Part shown: in pieces, positions 17,180-26,302 of the stretch | Position numbering within the stretch: position 1 is the first letter of the stretch | How the letters are laid out: each line of letters starts with the position of its first letter | Assembly: GCA_037916085.1 (NCBI GenBank) | Contig: JBAIYC010000456.1 | Span: forward strand, 1-34,384 | DNA from: Nitrospirota bacterium | GTDB lineage: Bacteria > Nitrospirota > UBA9217 | DNA length: 34,384 bases | Reading direction: 5' to 3' | The notes under the pieces: generated by a model | The model's input: only the letters and a program-made list of their open reading frames with translations | Told to the model about the DNA's origin: nothing | Database searches by the model: none | Made by a program: the position numbers and the translations under genes

Positions 17180-18021
17180 GCATGGATAGGAGACAGTTCC
17201 TGAAGTACTCCGGCATCGCCTCCATCCTTGGGTTTGGCGCGTCGGTCGCATCTGCAACGAACCTGATCACGGGGAAGCAGTTGCTTCCGCCGCAGGTGAG
17301 CATGAACAAGGAGGCACTTCGGGCCAAGCGCTGGGCCATGGTCGTGGATATGAGCAAGTTCAGGACCGAAGAGGACTTCCAGAAGACCATTAGCGCCTGC
17401 CATACGATCCACAATGTGCCTGACTTCCGCAAGCCCGATGGGAGCCCCGACAAGAAGTTCGAGGTCAAGTGGATCTGGAAGACGACCTACGAAAAGGCCT
17501 TTCCTGGCATGGAAAGCCAGTACCAGGGTGAGCACGTGAAGGACATGCCCTTCATGGTGCTCTGCAACCACTGCACCAACCCGGCGTGCGTTCGGGTTTG
17601 CCCGACCAAGGCAACTTACAAGCTGCCTGACGGCGTAACCATGCAGGATATGCATCGCTGCATAGGCTGCCGGTTCTGCATGGCAGCCTGCCCATACGGG
17701 GCGAGGAGCTTCAACTGGATCGATCCCCGCAGGGCGCCGAACCTCGATCCTGCGAAGGGCGGCAAGGTGAATCCCGAATATCCCACCCGCACCAAGGGCG
17801 TGGTCGAGAAATGCACCTTCTGCACCGAGCGTTTGGCGGTCGGCAAGATGCCGGCCTGCGTCGAGGCTGCCCCGGCAGGCGCGATGCTCTTCGGCGACCT
17901 GGAAGACCCGAACTCCGAGATCCGGAAGATCATCGGGGAAAAACTCACGATCCGCAGGAAACCGGAGCTGGGAACTGGGCCGGCGATCTACTACCTGATC
18001 GGAGGTGGCGAACATGCTTGA
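17176..18021 (+). CDS. dsrO: DsrO periplasmic Fe-S protein
   Basis: ATG 17176 (ATGA overlap with dsrJ); Tat motif DRRQFLK; CNHCTNPACVRVCP, CIGCRFCMAACP, KCTFC. Confidence 0.95.
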   Translation: MSMDRRQFLKYSGIASILGFGASVASATNLITGKQLLPPQVSMNKEALRAKRWAMVVDMSKFRTEEDFQKTISACHTIHNVPDFRKPDGSPDKKFEVKWIWKTTYEKAFPGMESQYQGEHVKDMPFMVLCNHCTNPACVRVCPTKATYKLPDGVTMQDMHRCIGCRFCMAACPYGARSFNWIDPRRAPNLDPAKGGKVNPEYPTRTKGVVEKCTFCTERLAVGKMPACVEAAPAGAMLFGDLEDPNSEIRKIIGEKLTIRRKPELGTGPAIYYLIGGGEHA

Positions 18022-19186
18022 GAAAGCACTGGAAGGCAGCAAGAAGTACTGGGCGTGGGTGTTCTTCCTCGGCATCTTCGCCCTGAGCGGCACTTACTGG
18101 TACATCCGCCAGTTCAATGAAGGACTGGGTCTCACCGGCATGCACCGGGACGTGTCCTGGGGTCTCTACATCGGCCAGTTCACCTTCCTGGTCGGCGTTG
18201 CGGCCTCGGCCGTGATGCTTGTGATCCCCTATTATCTTCACGACTTCAAGAAGTTCGGCAAGATCGTGATCCTCGGCGAGTTCCTGGCCATCGCGGCGGT
18301 CACTATGTGCATCCTCTTTATCTTCGTGGACATGGGGCAACCGATCCGCATCATGAACGTTATCCTGCACCCCACGCCGAACTCGGTCATGTTCTGGGAC
18401 TCCGTGGTGCTCTCCGGCTACCTCTTCATCAATGCGCTGGTCGGCTGGGTGACCCTGGGCTCGGATAAGAAGGGCGTGCCTCCTCCAAAGTGGATCAAAC
18501 CCTGGATCTACCTCTCGATCCCCTGGGCCATCAGCATCCATACGGTGACGGCGTTCCTTTACTCGGGCGTCCCAGGCCGTCACTTCTGGCTCACGGCGGT
18601 CATGGCTGCCCGGTTCCTGGCCTCGGCATTCGCCGGCGGTCCGGCGCTGCTCATCATCCTTGCGCTGATCGTTCGCAAGGTGAGCAAGTTCGACGCGGGC
18701 AAGGAGCCTATCCAGGCGGTGAGCCGCATCGTAGCCTATGCCATGTTCGCGAATGTCTTCCTCCTGGGCCTCGAGTTCTTCACGGCGTTCTACAGCGGCA
18801 TCCCCGGTCACCAGCATCCTTTTATCTATCTCTATAAAGGGCTGGAAGGCCACAGCGAGCTTGTCCCGCTCATGTGGACGTCGTCGATCCTTGCGGCCAT
18901 ATCGCTGGTCATGCTCTGGGTCCCAGCGGTACGCCGGAACGAAGGGTCGCTCGTTCTTGCCTGCATCATGCTGTTCGCGTCGCTCTGGATCGACAAGGGC
19001 TTCGGCCTCATCATCGGCGGTTTCGTGCCGAACCCCTTCGAGGAAGTTAACCCCTATTGGCCGACCTATCCCGAGACGATGATTACTATTGGCGTGTGGG
19101 CGGTCGGGTTCCTGGTGCTCACGTTCTTGTACAAGATTGCCATCTCGGTGCGGGAACAGACAGCAGGAGTGGAAATCGAGCACTAA
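18014..19186 (+). CDS. dsrP: DsrP integral membrane protein (NrfD/PsrC family)
   Basis: MLEKALEG, TGM.RDVSWGLYI.QFTFLVGVAASAV, SIPWA.SIHTVTAF, ARFLASAF, WIDKG. Confidence 0.95.
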   Translation: MLEKALEGSKKYWAWVFFLGIFALSGTYWYIRQFNEGLGLTGMHRDVSWGLYIGQFTFLVGVAASAVMLVIPYYLHDFKKFGKIVILGEFLAIAAVTMCILFIFVDMGQPIRIMNVILHPTPNSVMFWDSVVLSGYLFINALVGWVTLGSDKKGVPPPKWIKPWIYLSIPWAISIHTVTAFLYSGVPGRHFWLTAVMAARFLASAFAGGPALLIILALIVRKVSKFDAGKEPIQAVSRIVAYAMFANVFLLGLEFFTAFYSGIPGHQHPFIYLYKGLEGHSELVPLMWTSSILAAISLVMLWVPAVRRNEGSLVLACIMLFASLWIDKGFGLIIGGFVPNPFEEVNPYWPTYPETMITIGVWAVGFLVLTFLYKIAISVREQTAGVEIEH

Positions 19187-19212
19187 GCGTGCTTTACTGA
19201 ACAACCCCCATG

Positions 19213-19247
19213 AAGGCCCACCTCGACACAGGGTGGGCCTTTTTTTT
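19213..19247 (+). terminator. Intrinsic terminator closing the dsr cluster
   Basis: AAGGCCCACCT-cgacaca-GGGTGGGCCTT followed by a T run. Confidence 0.85.
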
Positions 19248-19272
19248 GGCCGCAACTATGCTCCATTCCCGT

Positions 19273-19301
19273 TTGACTTCACCGGGGGGATAGTTTATTA
19301 T
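19273..19301 (+). promoter_or_regulatory. Putative sigma70 promoter
   Basis: TTGACT (19273-19278), 17 bp spacer, TATTAT (19296-19301); GAGG RBS and ATG at 19323. Confidence 0.65.
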
Positions 19302-19322
19302 CAGCCGTACATAGAGGACAGC

Positions 19323-20378
19323 ATGCAGAACATCTCATCGTTCAAAGAAGGCGACTGGGTTGACGAGACCTATCTCGTCGTTGGAAAGACGATCTCCATA
19401 GCCAAGAACGGCGTTACCTACCTCTCTGTGAAACTCTCGGATAAGACCGGCGAGATCGACGGGAAGTTGTGGGACAATGCCGAGGAGATCGCAAGACGCT
19501 TTGAGCGCGAGGACTTCGTACGGGTCAAGGGCGTTGCCGCCAACTATCAAGGCCAGATGCAACTGAAGATGAAGGGCCTGGAGAAGGTCGATGATGCCAA
19601 GGTCGAACTGGCGAATTTCCTGGAAACGTCGCAGCGCGACCCTGAGGAGATGGTCAGGGAACTCGTAGGCGCCGCGGCAAGCCTCACGAACGTCCACCTG
19701 CGGCAACTCCTACAGGCGTTCCTGAACGACAAGGCATTTATGGAATCCTTTCGGCGTGCGCCAGCAGCGAAGACCCTTCACCACAACTATGTCGGCGGCC
19801 TCCTCGAGCATATCGTCGAACTTATCGCGCTCTGCCGCGACGTGGCGAGACACTTTCCCGGCATTGACGTGGAACTTCTGACGATTGGCGCCTTTCTTCA
19901 CGACATTGGCAAGGTGCGTGAGCTATCGGTGCGGAAGTCCATCGAGTATACGACGGAAGGCCGGCTTCTGGGTCACATTTCCCTGGGCTACGAGATGCTT
20001 GTCGAGAAGATCGATGCCATTGGCGGATTCCCGCCCGAGCTGGCAATGCTGCTCAAGCATATCGTGCTGTCCCACCACGGGGAATACGAGTTCGGATCAC
20101 CGAAGCGGCCAAAGATCCAGGAGGCGATCATCGTCAATTATCTCGACGACCTTGCCGCCAAGATTGGCAATTTCCGGTCGATCCTGAAGAAGGAAAACGT
20201 CGGCGAGGGGGATTGGACGGGCTACAACAAGATGCACGAACGGTACCTCTATCGTCAGGCTTCCTATGCGGACGAAGAGAAACCGTCTGGTACGGGAAGA
20301 CCGGCCGGAACAGGACCGGCGAAGAAAAGATCGTCCGGTGGTCAGGAGGGGACCGGAAGCCTGCCCCTCGATATTTGA
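19323..20378 (+). CDS. 3'-5' exoribonuclease YhaM/Cbf1 family (OB-fold + HD domain)
   Basis: L.DKTGEIDGKLWD OB-fold; PAAKTLHH...GGLLEH, LHDIGK, GHI, HHG.YEFGSP, YLDDL. Confidence 0.9.
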   Translation: MQNISSFKEGDWVDETYLVVGKTISIAKNGVTYLSVKLSDKTGEIDGKLWDNAEEIARRFEREDFVRVKGVAANYQGQMQLKMKGLEKVDDAKVELANFLETSQRDPEEMVRELVGAAASLTNVHLRQLLQAFLNDKAFMESFRRAPAAKTLHHNYVGGLLEHIVELIALCRDVARHFPGIDVELLTIGAFLHDIGKVRELSVRKSIEYTTEGRLLGHISLGYEMLVEKIDAIGGFPPELAMLLKHIVLSHHGEYEFGSPKRPKIQEAIIVNYLDDLAAKIGNFRSILKKENVGEGDWTGYNKMHERYLYRQASYADEEKPSGTGRPAGTGPAKKRSSGGQEGTGSLPLDI

Positions 20379-20428
20379 ATCCGAGAAACTTCTCGAACCA
20401 ACGTCTCCGGTGAACGAAAAAACAGAAC

Positions 20429-21334
20429 ATGCTGAATGTCATTCGCTCCATACGAGATGGTCTTTCGAAGACGCGGAAGAGTCTTGGCGACAAGATCGGT
20501 TCTCTGGTTCTCGGGGAGAAGATCGACGCGTCGCTCCTGGACGAACTTGAGACGGCGCTCATCGCATCTGATGTTGGGACTCAGACGACATCCGTCGTGC
20601 TGGCCGACCTCAGGGAGCGGTTCACGAGGAAGGAGCTGACGACGAACGATCAGGTCCGTGATCGTCTCAAAGAACTGCTGATCGAGATCCTGTCGACGAA
20701 GATCGAGGGGCTCCGCATTACGGCGATCCCGTCCGTCATCCTCATGGTTGGAGTCAACGGGACGGGAAAAACGACGACCATCGGAAAACTAGCGAACCGT
20801 CTTCAGGCCGACGGGAGGAAGGTCATGCTTGCCGCTGCCGATACCTTTCGGGCGGCGGCTGCGGAGCAGCTCTCGATCTGGGGCGAACGGAACAATGTGC
20901 CGGTCATCAAGCACAAGGAAGGCGCCGATCCGGGCGCCGTCGTTTTCGATGCGGTCTCCGCAGCGAAGGCCCGGGGAATGGATGTCCTTCTTGTGGATAC
21001 GGCAGGGAGGCTCCACACCAAGTCGAACCTGATGGAGGAGCTCAAGAAGGTCCGCCGGATACTGGAACGAGAGCTTCCCGGCGCACCCCACGAGACCCTC
21101 CTGGTGCTGGATGCAACCACGGGCCAGAACGCCCTCGCTCAGGCCAGGCTGTTCCATCAGGCTGTCGGGATAACCGGCATCGTGCTCACCAAGCTTGATG
21201 GGACGCCCAAGGGAGGCATTGTATTTGCCATCACTCGTGAACTGTCCCTGCCCGTGAAGTACATCGGGGTGGGTGAGGGCATCGATGACCTGCGTGACTT
21301 CGATCCCCGGGAGTTCGTGGAAGCGATCTTCTGA
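20429..21334 (+). CDS. ftsY: SRP receptor FtsY (NG domain only)
   Basis: GLSKTR, GVNGTGKTTTIGKLA, DTFRAAA.EQL, DTAGRLH, TKLDG..KGG, GVGEG.DDL..F. Confidence 0.97.
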   Translation: MLNVIRSIRDGLSKTRKSLGDKIGSLVLGEKIDASLLDELETALIASDVGTQTTSVVLADLRERFTRKELTTNDQVRDRLKELLIEILSTKIEGLRITAIPSVILMVGVNGTGKTTTIGKLANRLQADGRKVMLAAADTFRAAAAEQLSIWGERNNVPVIKHKEGADPGAVVFDAVSAAKARGMDVLLVDTAGRLHTKSNLMEELKKVRRILERELPGAPHETLLVLDATTGQNALAQARLFHQAVGITGIVLTKLDGTPKGGIVFAITRELSLPVKYIGVGEGIDDLRDFDPREFVEAIF

Positions 21335-21412
21335 CGGAGTACATTCATCATTTAGCGATGGGGCGTTCCGTCACACGTTCCGTTCGCTGCCTGCTTGATT
21401 GCCGGTGTTGCC

Positions 21413-21694
21413 ATGGAAACAATCCAGGTTGAGATATTCGGTCAGAAATACAGCCTCAAGGGCGGCGCTGATGCCGAGTATATCCGGGAACTGGCCGATG
21501 TGGTCGATTCACGTATGAAGGATGTGCAGAGAGGGACCGGCACCGCCGACGGTTACCGTATTGCGATACTGACCGCGCTAAACCTGGCTGATGAGCTCTA
21601 TCGCTTGCGGTCTCAGCAGGAAGCACTGCAGAAGACGGCCGATGGAGCGCTAAAACGTCTACTGGAACTGATGCCTGTAAATCCATCTCCTTGA
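21413..21694 (+). CDS. zapA: Cell division protein ZapA
   Basis: VEIFGQKYSL, YIRELA.VVD.RM, AILTALNLADEL; upstream of 6S RNA as is typical. Confidence 0.92.
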   Translation: METIQVEIFGQKYSLKGGADAEYIRELADVVDSRMKDVQRGTGTADGYRIAILTALNLADELYRLRSQQEALQKTADGALKRLLELMPVNPSP

Positions 21695-21795
21695 TAAGGG
21701 CAGACAGATCATATTTCATAGATGCAATAAGTTTTAACCAATTGATAGTTTGATGATTTCTATCGATGTTCAGCGAGTTGATCATTACTTTGACC

Positions 21796-21824
21796 TTGCG
21801 ATTTTTTTTGCTTTTTGGTATATA
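21796..21824 (+). promoter_or_regulatory. Putative sigma70 promoter of 6S RNA
   Basis: TTGCGA (21796-21801), 17 bp spacer, TG-g-TATATA extended -10 (21819-21824). Confidence 0.55.
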
Positions 21825-21837
21825 TAGCCATAGAGAA

Positions 21838-22020
21838 AAAGTCCCCTGCTTTGCGCGTGACTGATATAACTTGTACCTCGTAAAAAATTTCTTTGGGAGC
21901 TATCCCCGGGAAAGGGTGAGCATGCCCAGGTTGGACTGGGTAGCCTAACTTTCCTTTATGGCGCCCACCTGGTAACCGCCAGGTCCAAGTTATCAGCACG
22001 GCAAAAGTGGGGGATTCTTT
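21838..22020 (+). ncRNA. ssrS: 6S RNA
   Basis: The 5' arm GTCCCCTGCTTTGCGCGTGACTGATATAACTTGTACCT pairs imperfectly along its length with the 3' arm AGGTCCAAGTTATCAGCACGGCAAAAGTGGGGGAT; A-rich central bubble; about 180 nt; located between zapA and rarA/rny. Ends approximate. Confidence 0.85.
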
Positions 22021-22483
22021 TTTGATATCCTAATTAAGAATATCCTAAATAACAATACGAGAAGGGGTGTTCATCCCCGCCCTGAACATAAATCATATTT
22101 CTGCGCAAAGAAGGAGCCAGTAAGGAAGGCTCCGGCGCTTTGAAAGTGGAACCGCACCAGCGACCTTGAAACGACGAGAAGTGCAGTCCCAGGCTCTCTG
22201 TTGTTGCCGCACGAAACCTGATCACCAGCAGAACCGTATGAATTCCATGGGGAGTTTCGATCATCATATTTCCGGGCATGGCAGCGAACGATATTCGACG
22301 GTCTCTATTGATCGTCGGGGGGCAGGGTACGCGTTGTCTCAGCCCCCGGCCGGGCCCTTGGGTGTGGAAGCTCCTCTTCGCCGATCAACGATTCACTTTC
22401 GGTAATCATGCGGTGATGTCGCCAGCCTGAACAGGTTTTGCGCTGTCCACTTTCACAGTCCCTCCGCCTTCCCGAAACATCTC

Positions 22484-23827
22484 TTGGGTACAAAGAAGCA
22501 GCTCTCTAGCCTTTCTTCGGTCAGCCTTGAACCGTCATCACAGGCTCCCCTCGCGTGGAGAATGCGGCCGCGCACGCTATCGGAGTTTGCCGGTCAGGAG
22601 CATATCCTTGGCCCCGGCAAACTGCTTCGGAGGGCCATCGAGGCGGACCGGTTCACGTCGCTGATCCTCTACGGACCGCCCGGCTCCGGGAAGACCGCTC
22701 TGGCCCATCTTATCGCAGAACAGAGCCAGGCCCACTTCATCCCCCTGAATGCCGTGACCGCGGGGGTCGCAGATGTCCGCCGGGTGACCCAGGAGGCCGG
22801 CGAAGAGCGTGCACGGAGCGGCAGACGGACCATCGTGTTCATCGATGAGATCCACCGGTTCACCCGCGTCCAGCAGGATGCTCTGCTTCCCGATGTCGAA
22901 CGGGGGACAATTACGCTCATCGGTGCGTCGACGCAGAATCCCTTCTTCTCCATCATTCCGGCGCTCTCTTCGCGTTCCCAGATATTCGAGTTCAAGCCGT
23001 TGGAGAACGGGGACCTGAGCCGTATCATCGAACGCGCGCTGTCCGATCGAGAACGGGGTTTGGGCAGCAGGAATGTGGAACTGACCGGAGAGGCGCGGGA
23101 CTTCATCATTGCGCGGGCGGGTGGCGATGCGAGGAGAGCGCTGAACGCCCTCGAGCTGAGTGTGCTGTCCACGGCGCCGGGGCCGGATGGCAGGACCTTT
23201 GTGGACCTGGCCGTGGCCGAAGAATCGATCCAAAAGAAAGCGCTGGTCTACGACGAGGATGAACACTACGACACCATCTCGGCGTTCATCAAGAGCATGC
23301 GGGGCAGCGACCCTGATGCTGCGCTGTACTGGCTGGCGAAAATGGTCGCCTCCGGCGAGGATCCGCTCTTTCTGGCGCGCAGGATCGTAATCGCGGCGAG
23401 CGAGGACGTGGGGAACGCCGATCCCCGGGCACTCGTCGTGGCCACGGCGGCGTACCAGGCCGTCGAGCGGATCGGCATGCCCGAAGGCGCAATCCCTCTG
23501 GCTCAGGCAGCGATCTATGTAGCATCGGCTCCCAAGAGCAATGCTTCGTACCTCGGGATCAAGGCCGCGATGAAGGACATCGAGCAGGGGCAGGTCATGC
23601 CCGTACCGGACCACCTGAAGGATGCAAGCTACCGGGGGGCGGCGCGACTGGGACGGGGAAAAGGCTATAAGTACCCGCATGATTATCCCGGCCATTATGT
23701 TGATCAGGATTATCTCCCGCAGAAGCGGGTCTACTACCGGCCGACGGAGCAGGGCGAAGAAAGACGGATCCGAGAACGCCTTGCCGGGCTGAAAAAATAC
23801 AGCCAGGAGGAAGGAAAGCATGATTGA
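22484..23827 (+). CDS. rarA: Replication-associated recombination protein A
   Basis: [62 protein letters not shown] start uncertain. Confidence 0.95.
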   Translation: MGTKKQLSSLSSVSLEPSSQAPLAWRMRPRTLSEFAGQEHILGPGKLLRRAIEADRFTSLILYGPPGSGKTALAHLIAEQSQAHFIPLNAVTAGVADVRRVTQEAGEERARSGRRTIVFIDEIHRFTRVQQDALLPDVERGTITLIGASTQNPFFSIIPALSSRSQIFEFKPLENGDLSRIIERALSDRERGLGSRNVELTGEARDFIIARAGGDARRALNALELSVLSTAPGPDGRTFVDLAVAEESIQKKALVYDEDEHYDTISAFIKSMRGSDPDAALYWLAKMVASGEDPLFLARRIVIAASEDVGNADPRALVVATAAYQAVERIGMPEGAIPLAQAAIYVASAPKSNASYLGIKAAMKDIEQGQVMPVPDHLKDASYRGAARLGRGKGYKYPHDYPGHYVDQDYLPQKRVYYRPTEQGEERRIRERLAGLKKYSQEEGKHD

Positions 23828-25376
23828 GTACGTCGTCGTAGCGATTGTGTGCCTCGCAGCGGGGGCCGGCGTCGGCCTGCTGCTGAAGGGGAAGGCCGCC
23901 GCAGGCAGGGTCAGGGATGCCGAATCAGAGGCAGCAAAGATCGTATCCGCCGCCGAACGGGAGGCGGAGACGAAACGCAAGGAAGCCGCGCTCGAGGCAA
24001 AGGACAAGATCTACCAGGCGCGGACAGAATTCGAGAAGGAGACACGGGACAAGCGCCAGGACCTGCAGAATCAGGAGCGCCGGCTGACGCAGAAGGAAGA
24101 ACATCTGGAAAAGAAGGCCGATGCGGTTGAGAAGCGCGAGTCAGAAGCCGCGAAACGCGAAAAAGAACTGGTAAACCGGGAGAAGGTAGCGCAGGAGAAG
24201 GAGGAGCAGTTTGAAAGAGGGCTCCGCGAACAGCGCCAGATGCTCGAGAAGATCGCCAGCATGACTGCCGAGGAAGCCAAGCGCCAGCTCATGGTGTCGA
24301 TGGAGGACGAAGCCAAGTTCGAGGCCGCCAAGACGATCAAGCGGATCGAGGACGAAGCCCGGGACGAAGCTGACAAGAAGGCCAAGCATATCATCAGCGC
24401 CGCGATTCAGCGCTATTCCAGCGATTATGTCGCGGAGGCGACGGTCTCGGTGTTGAACCTTCCGAACGATGAGATGAAGGGCCGCATCATCGGCCGCGAA
24501 GGCAGGAACATCAGGGCCATCGAAGCGGCGACCGGCATCGACCTTATCATCGATGACACCCCGGAGGCGGTGATCCTGTCCTGTTATGATCCGTTCCGGC
24601 GGGAGATCGCGAAGCTCACCATCGAGCGTCTTATCCAGGACGGCCGGATCCATCCCGCGCGCATCGAGGAGATCGCGGAGAAGGTCCGCAAAGAACTCGA
24701 AGTGACGATGAAGGAGGAGGGCGAACGGGCGGCTTTCGATCTCGGGATCCACAACCTCCATCCCGAGGTCATCAAGCTCATCGGCAGGCTCAAGTACCGG
24801 ACAAGCTATGGCCAGAACATGCTGATGCATTCACGCGAGGTCGCTTATTTCGCCGGGATGCTTGCAGCGGAGCTGGGGTGCGATCAGAAGCTTGCCCGAC
24901 GGGCGGGCCTGCTCCATGACCTCGGCAAGGCGGTGGACCATGAGGTCGAAGGAACCCATCCGGTCATCGGCGGCGATCTTGCAAAGAAGTACGGCGAGAA
25001 CCAGAAGGTCATCAATGCGATCCTGACGCACCACGGGGACGGAGAGCCGAACTGCGTTGAATCCGTGCTGGTGGCCGCTGCGGATGCTCTATCGGCCGGA
25101 CGGCCGGGCGTTCGGCGAGAGACGCTCGAGAGCTATCTCAAACGCCTGGAGGCGCTCGAATCGACAGCGAACTCCTTCAAGGGAGTGGAGAAGTCCTACG
25201 CGATCCAGGCCGGCCGCGAGATCCGCATCATCGTGAAGCCGGAAGACCTATCGGATGCCCATGCCGCCCAGCTCTCACGGGATATTGCGAAGAAGATCGA
25301 ACAGGAGCTGTCCTATCCCGGCCAGATCAAGGTGACGGTAGTGCGGGAAAGCCGGTATGTAGAGTACGCGAAATAA
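23820..25376 (+). CDS. rny: Ribonuclease Y
   Basis: N-terminal TM helix, coiled coil, KH domain [16 protein letters not shown] domain [18 protein letters not shown]. Confidence 0.97.
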   Translation: MIEYVVVAIVCLAAGAGVGLLLKGKAAAGRVRDAESEAAKIVSAAEREAETKRKEAALEAKDKIYQARTEFEKETRDKRQDLQNQERRLTQKEEHLEKKADAVEKRESEAAKREKELVNREKVAQEKEEQFERGLREQRQMLEKIASMTAEEAKRQLMVSMEDEAKFEAAKTIKRIEDEARDEADKKAKHIISAAIQRYSSDYVAEATVSVLNLPNDEMKGRIIGREGRNIRAIEAATGIDLIIDDTPEAVILSCYDPFRREIAKLTIERLIQDGRIHPARIEEIAEKVRKELEVTMKEEGERAAFDLGIHNLHPEVIKLIGRLKYRTSYGQNMLMHSREVAYFAGMLAAELGCDQKLARRAGLLHDLGKAVDHEVEGTHPVIGGDLAKKYGENQKVINAILTHHGDGEPNCVESVLVAAADALSAGRPGVRRETLESYLKRLEALESTANSFKGVEKSYAIQAGREIRIIVKPEDLSDAHAAQLSRDIAKKIEQELSYPGQIKVTVVRESRYVEYAK

Positions 25377-25474
25377 GGATTACGGATGGCAGGCCGCGGA
25401 CATTCAAACAACAGACAACTTATTTTGATTCAGTCTGTCGTCTGGCGTCTGTCTGCTGAATGTCTGGAGGTTCT

Positions 25475-26254
25475 GTGAAGGTCCTTTTCATCGGGGACAT
25501 TGTCGGCGAACCGGGCAGGAAGATCGTGAAGCAACTTCTGCCCGAGCTCGTGCGCGCTCATGTTCCCGATCTCGTCATAGCGAATGGCGAGAACGCAGCC
25601 GGAGGGTTCGGGATCACGCCGATCATCGCTGACGAGCTGTTCTCCCTAGGCATCCATGTTCTGACGTCAGGCAATCACGTCTGGGATAAGAAGGACATCG
25701 AGCCCTATCTCCCGAAGCAGGACCGTTTGATCCGGCCGGCAAACTATCCCGAAGGAAGCCCTGGTTTTGGAAGCGTCGTGGTGTCTACCGACAGCGCCGG
25801 AAAGGTTGCGGTCCTGAACCTCGAAGGCCGTGTCTTCATGTCGAACCTCGATGATCCTTTCCGGAAAGCCGAGCAGGAGATCGAACGGCTGCGGAAGGAG
25901 ACGCGCGTCATCCTCATCGATTTTCACGCCGAGGCGACGTCGGAGAAGGCCGCGCTCGCGTGGTACCTGGACGGGAAGGCGAGCGCCGTGGTCGGCACCC
26001 ATACCCATGTCCAGACGGCGGACGAGCGCATTCTGCCGGGCGGAACTGCGTTCCTGACGGACGTCGGGATGACCGGTCCGACGGATTCCGTGATTGGCGT
26101 AAAGAAAGAGGATGCCATCAGCAGGTTCCTGACGCAGCGACCCCACAAGTTCGAGATCCCCAAGGGACCGGCCCATCTGGACGGAGTCGTTATCGACATC
26201 GACCAGAGGTCAGGAAAGGCAAAGGCAATCGAACGGATCAAGATCCGGACCTGA
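25475..26254 (+). CDS. YmdB-like metallophosphoesterase
   Basis: FIGDIVG, NGENAAGG, SGNHVWD, RPANYP, DFHAEATSEK, GTHTHVQTAD, TDVGMTG; GTG 25475 after GGAGG; follows rny. Confidence 0.93.
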   Translation: MKVLFIGDIVGEPGRKIVKQLLPELVRAHVPDLVIANGENAAGGFGITPIIADELFSLGIHVLTSGNHVWDKKDIEPYLPKQDRLIRPANYPEGSPGFGSVVVSTDSAGKVAVLNLEGRVFMSNLDDPFRKAEQEIERLRKETRVILIDFHAEATSEKAALAWYLDGKASAVVGTHTHVQTADERILPGGTAFLTDVGMTGPTDSVIGVKKEDAISRFLTQRPHKFEIPKGPAHLDGVVIDIDQRSGKAKAIERIKIRT

Positions 26255-26302
26255 AACGGAAAATGGCGGGGAGTCGCGGATGCCGCCGCACGTCACACTT
26301 CC

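Noticed and set aside
22166-22405. 79-aa ORF as a ygfA remnant (SIDRRG resembles AFDRRG)
   Set aside because: Similarity is limited to a few residues; the RLGxGGGYYD motif is absent.
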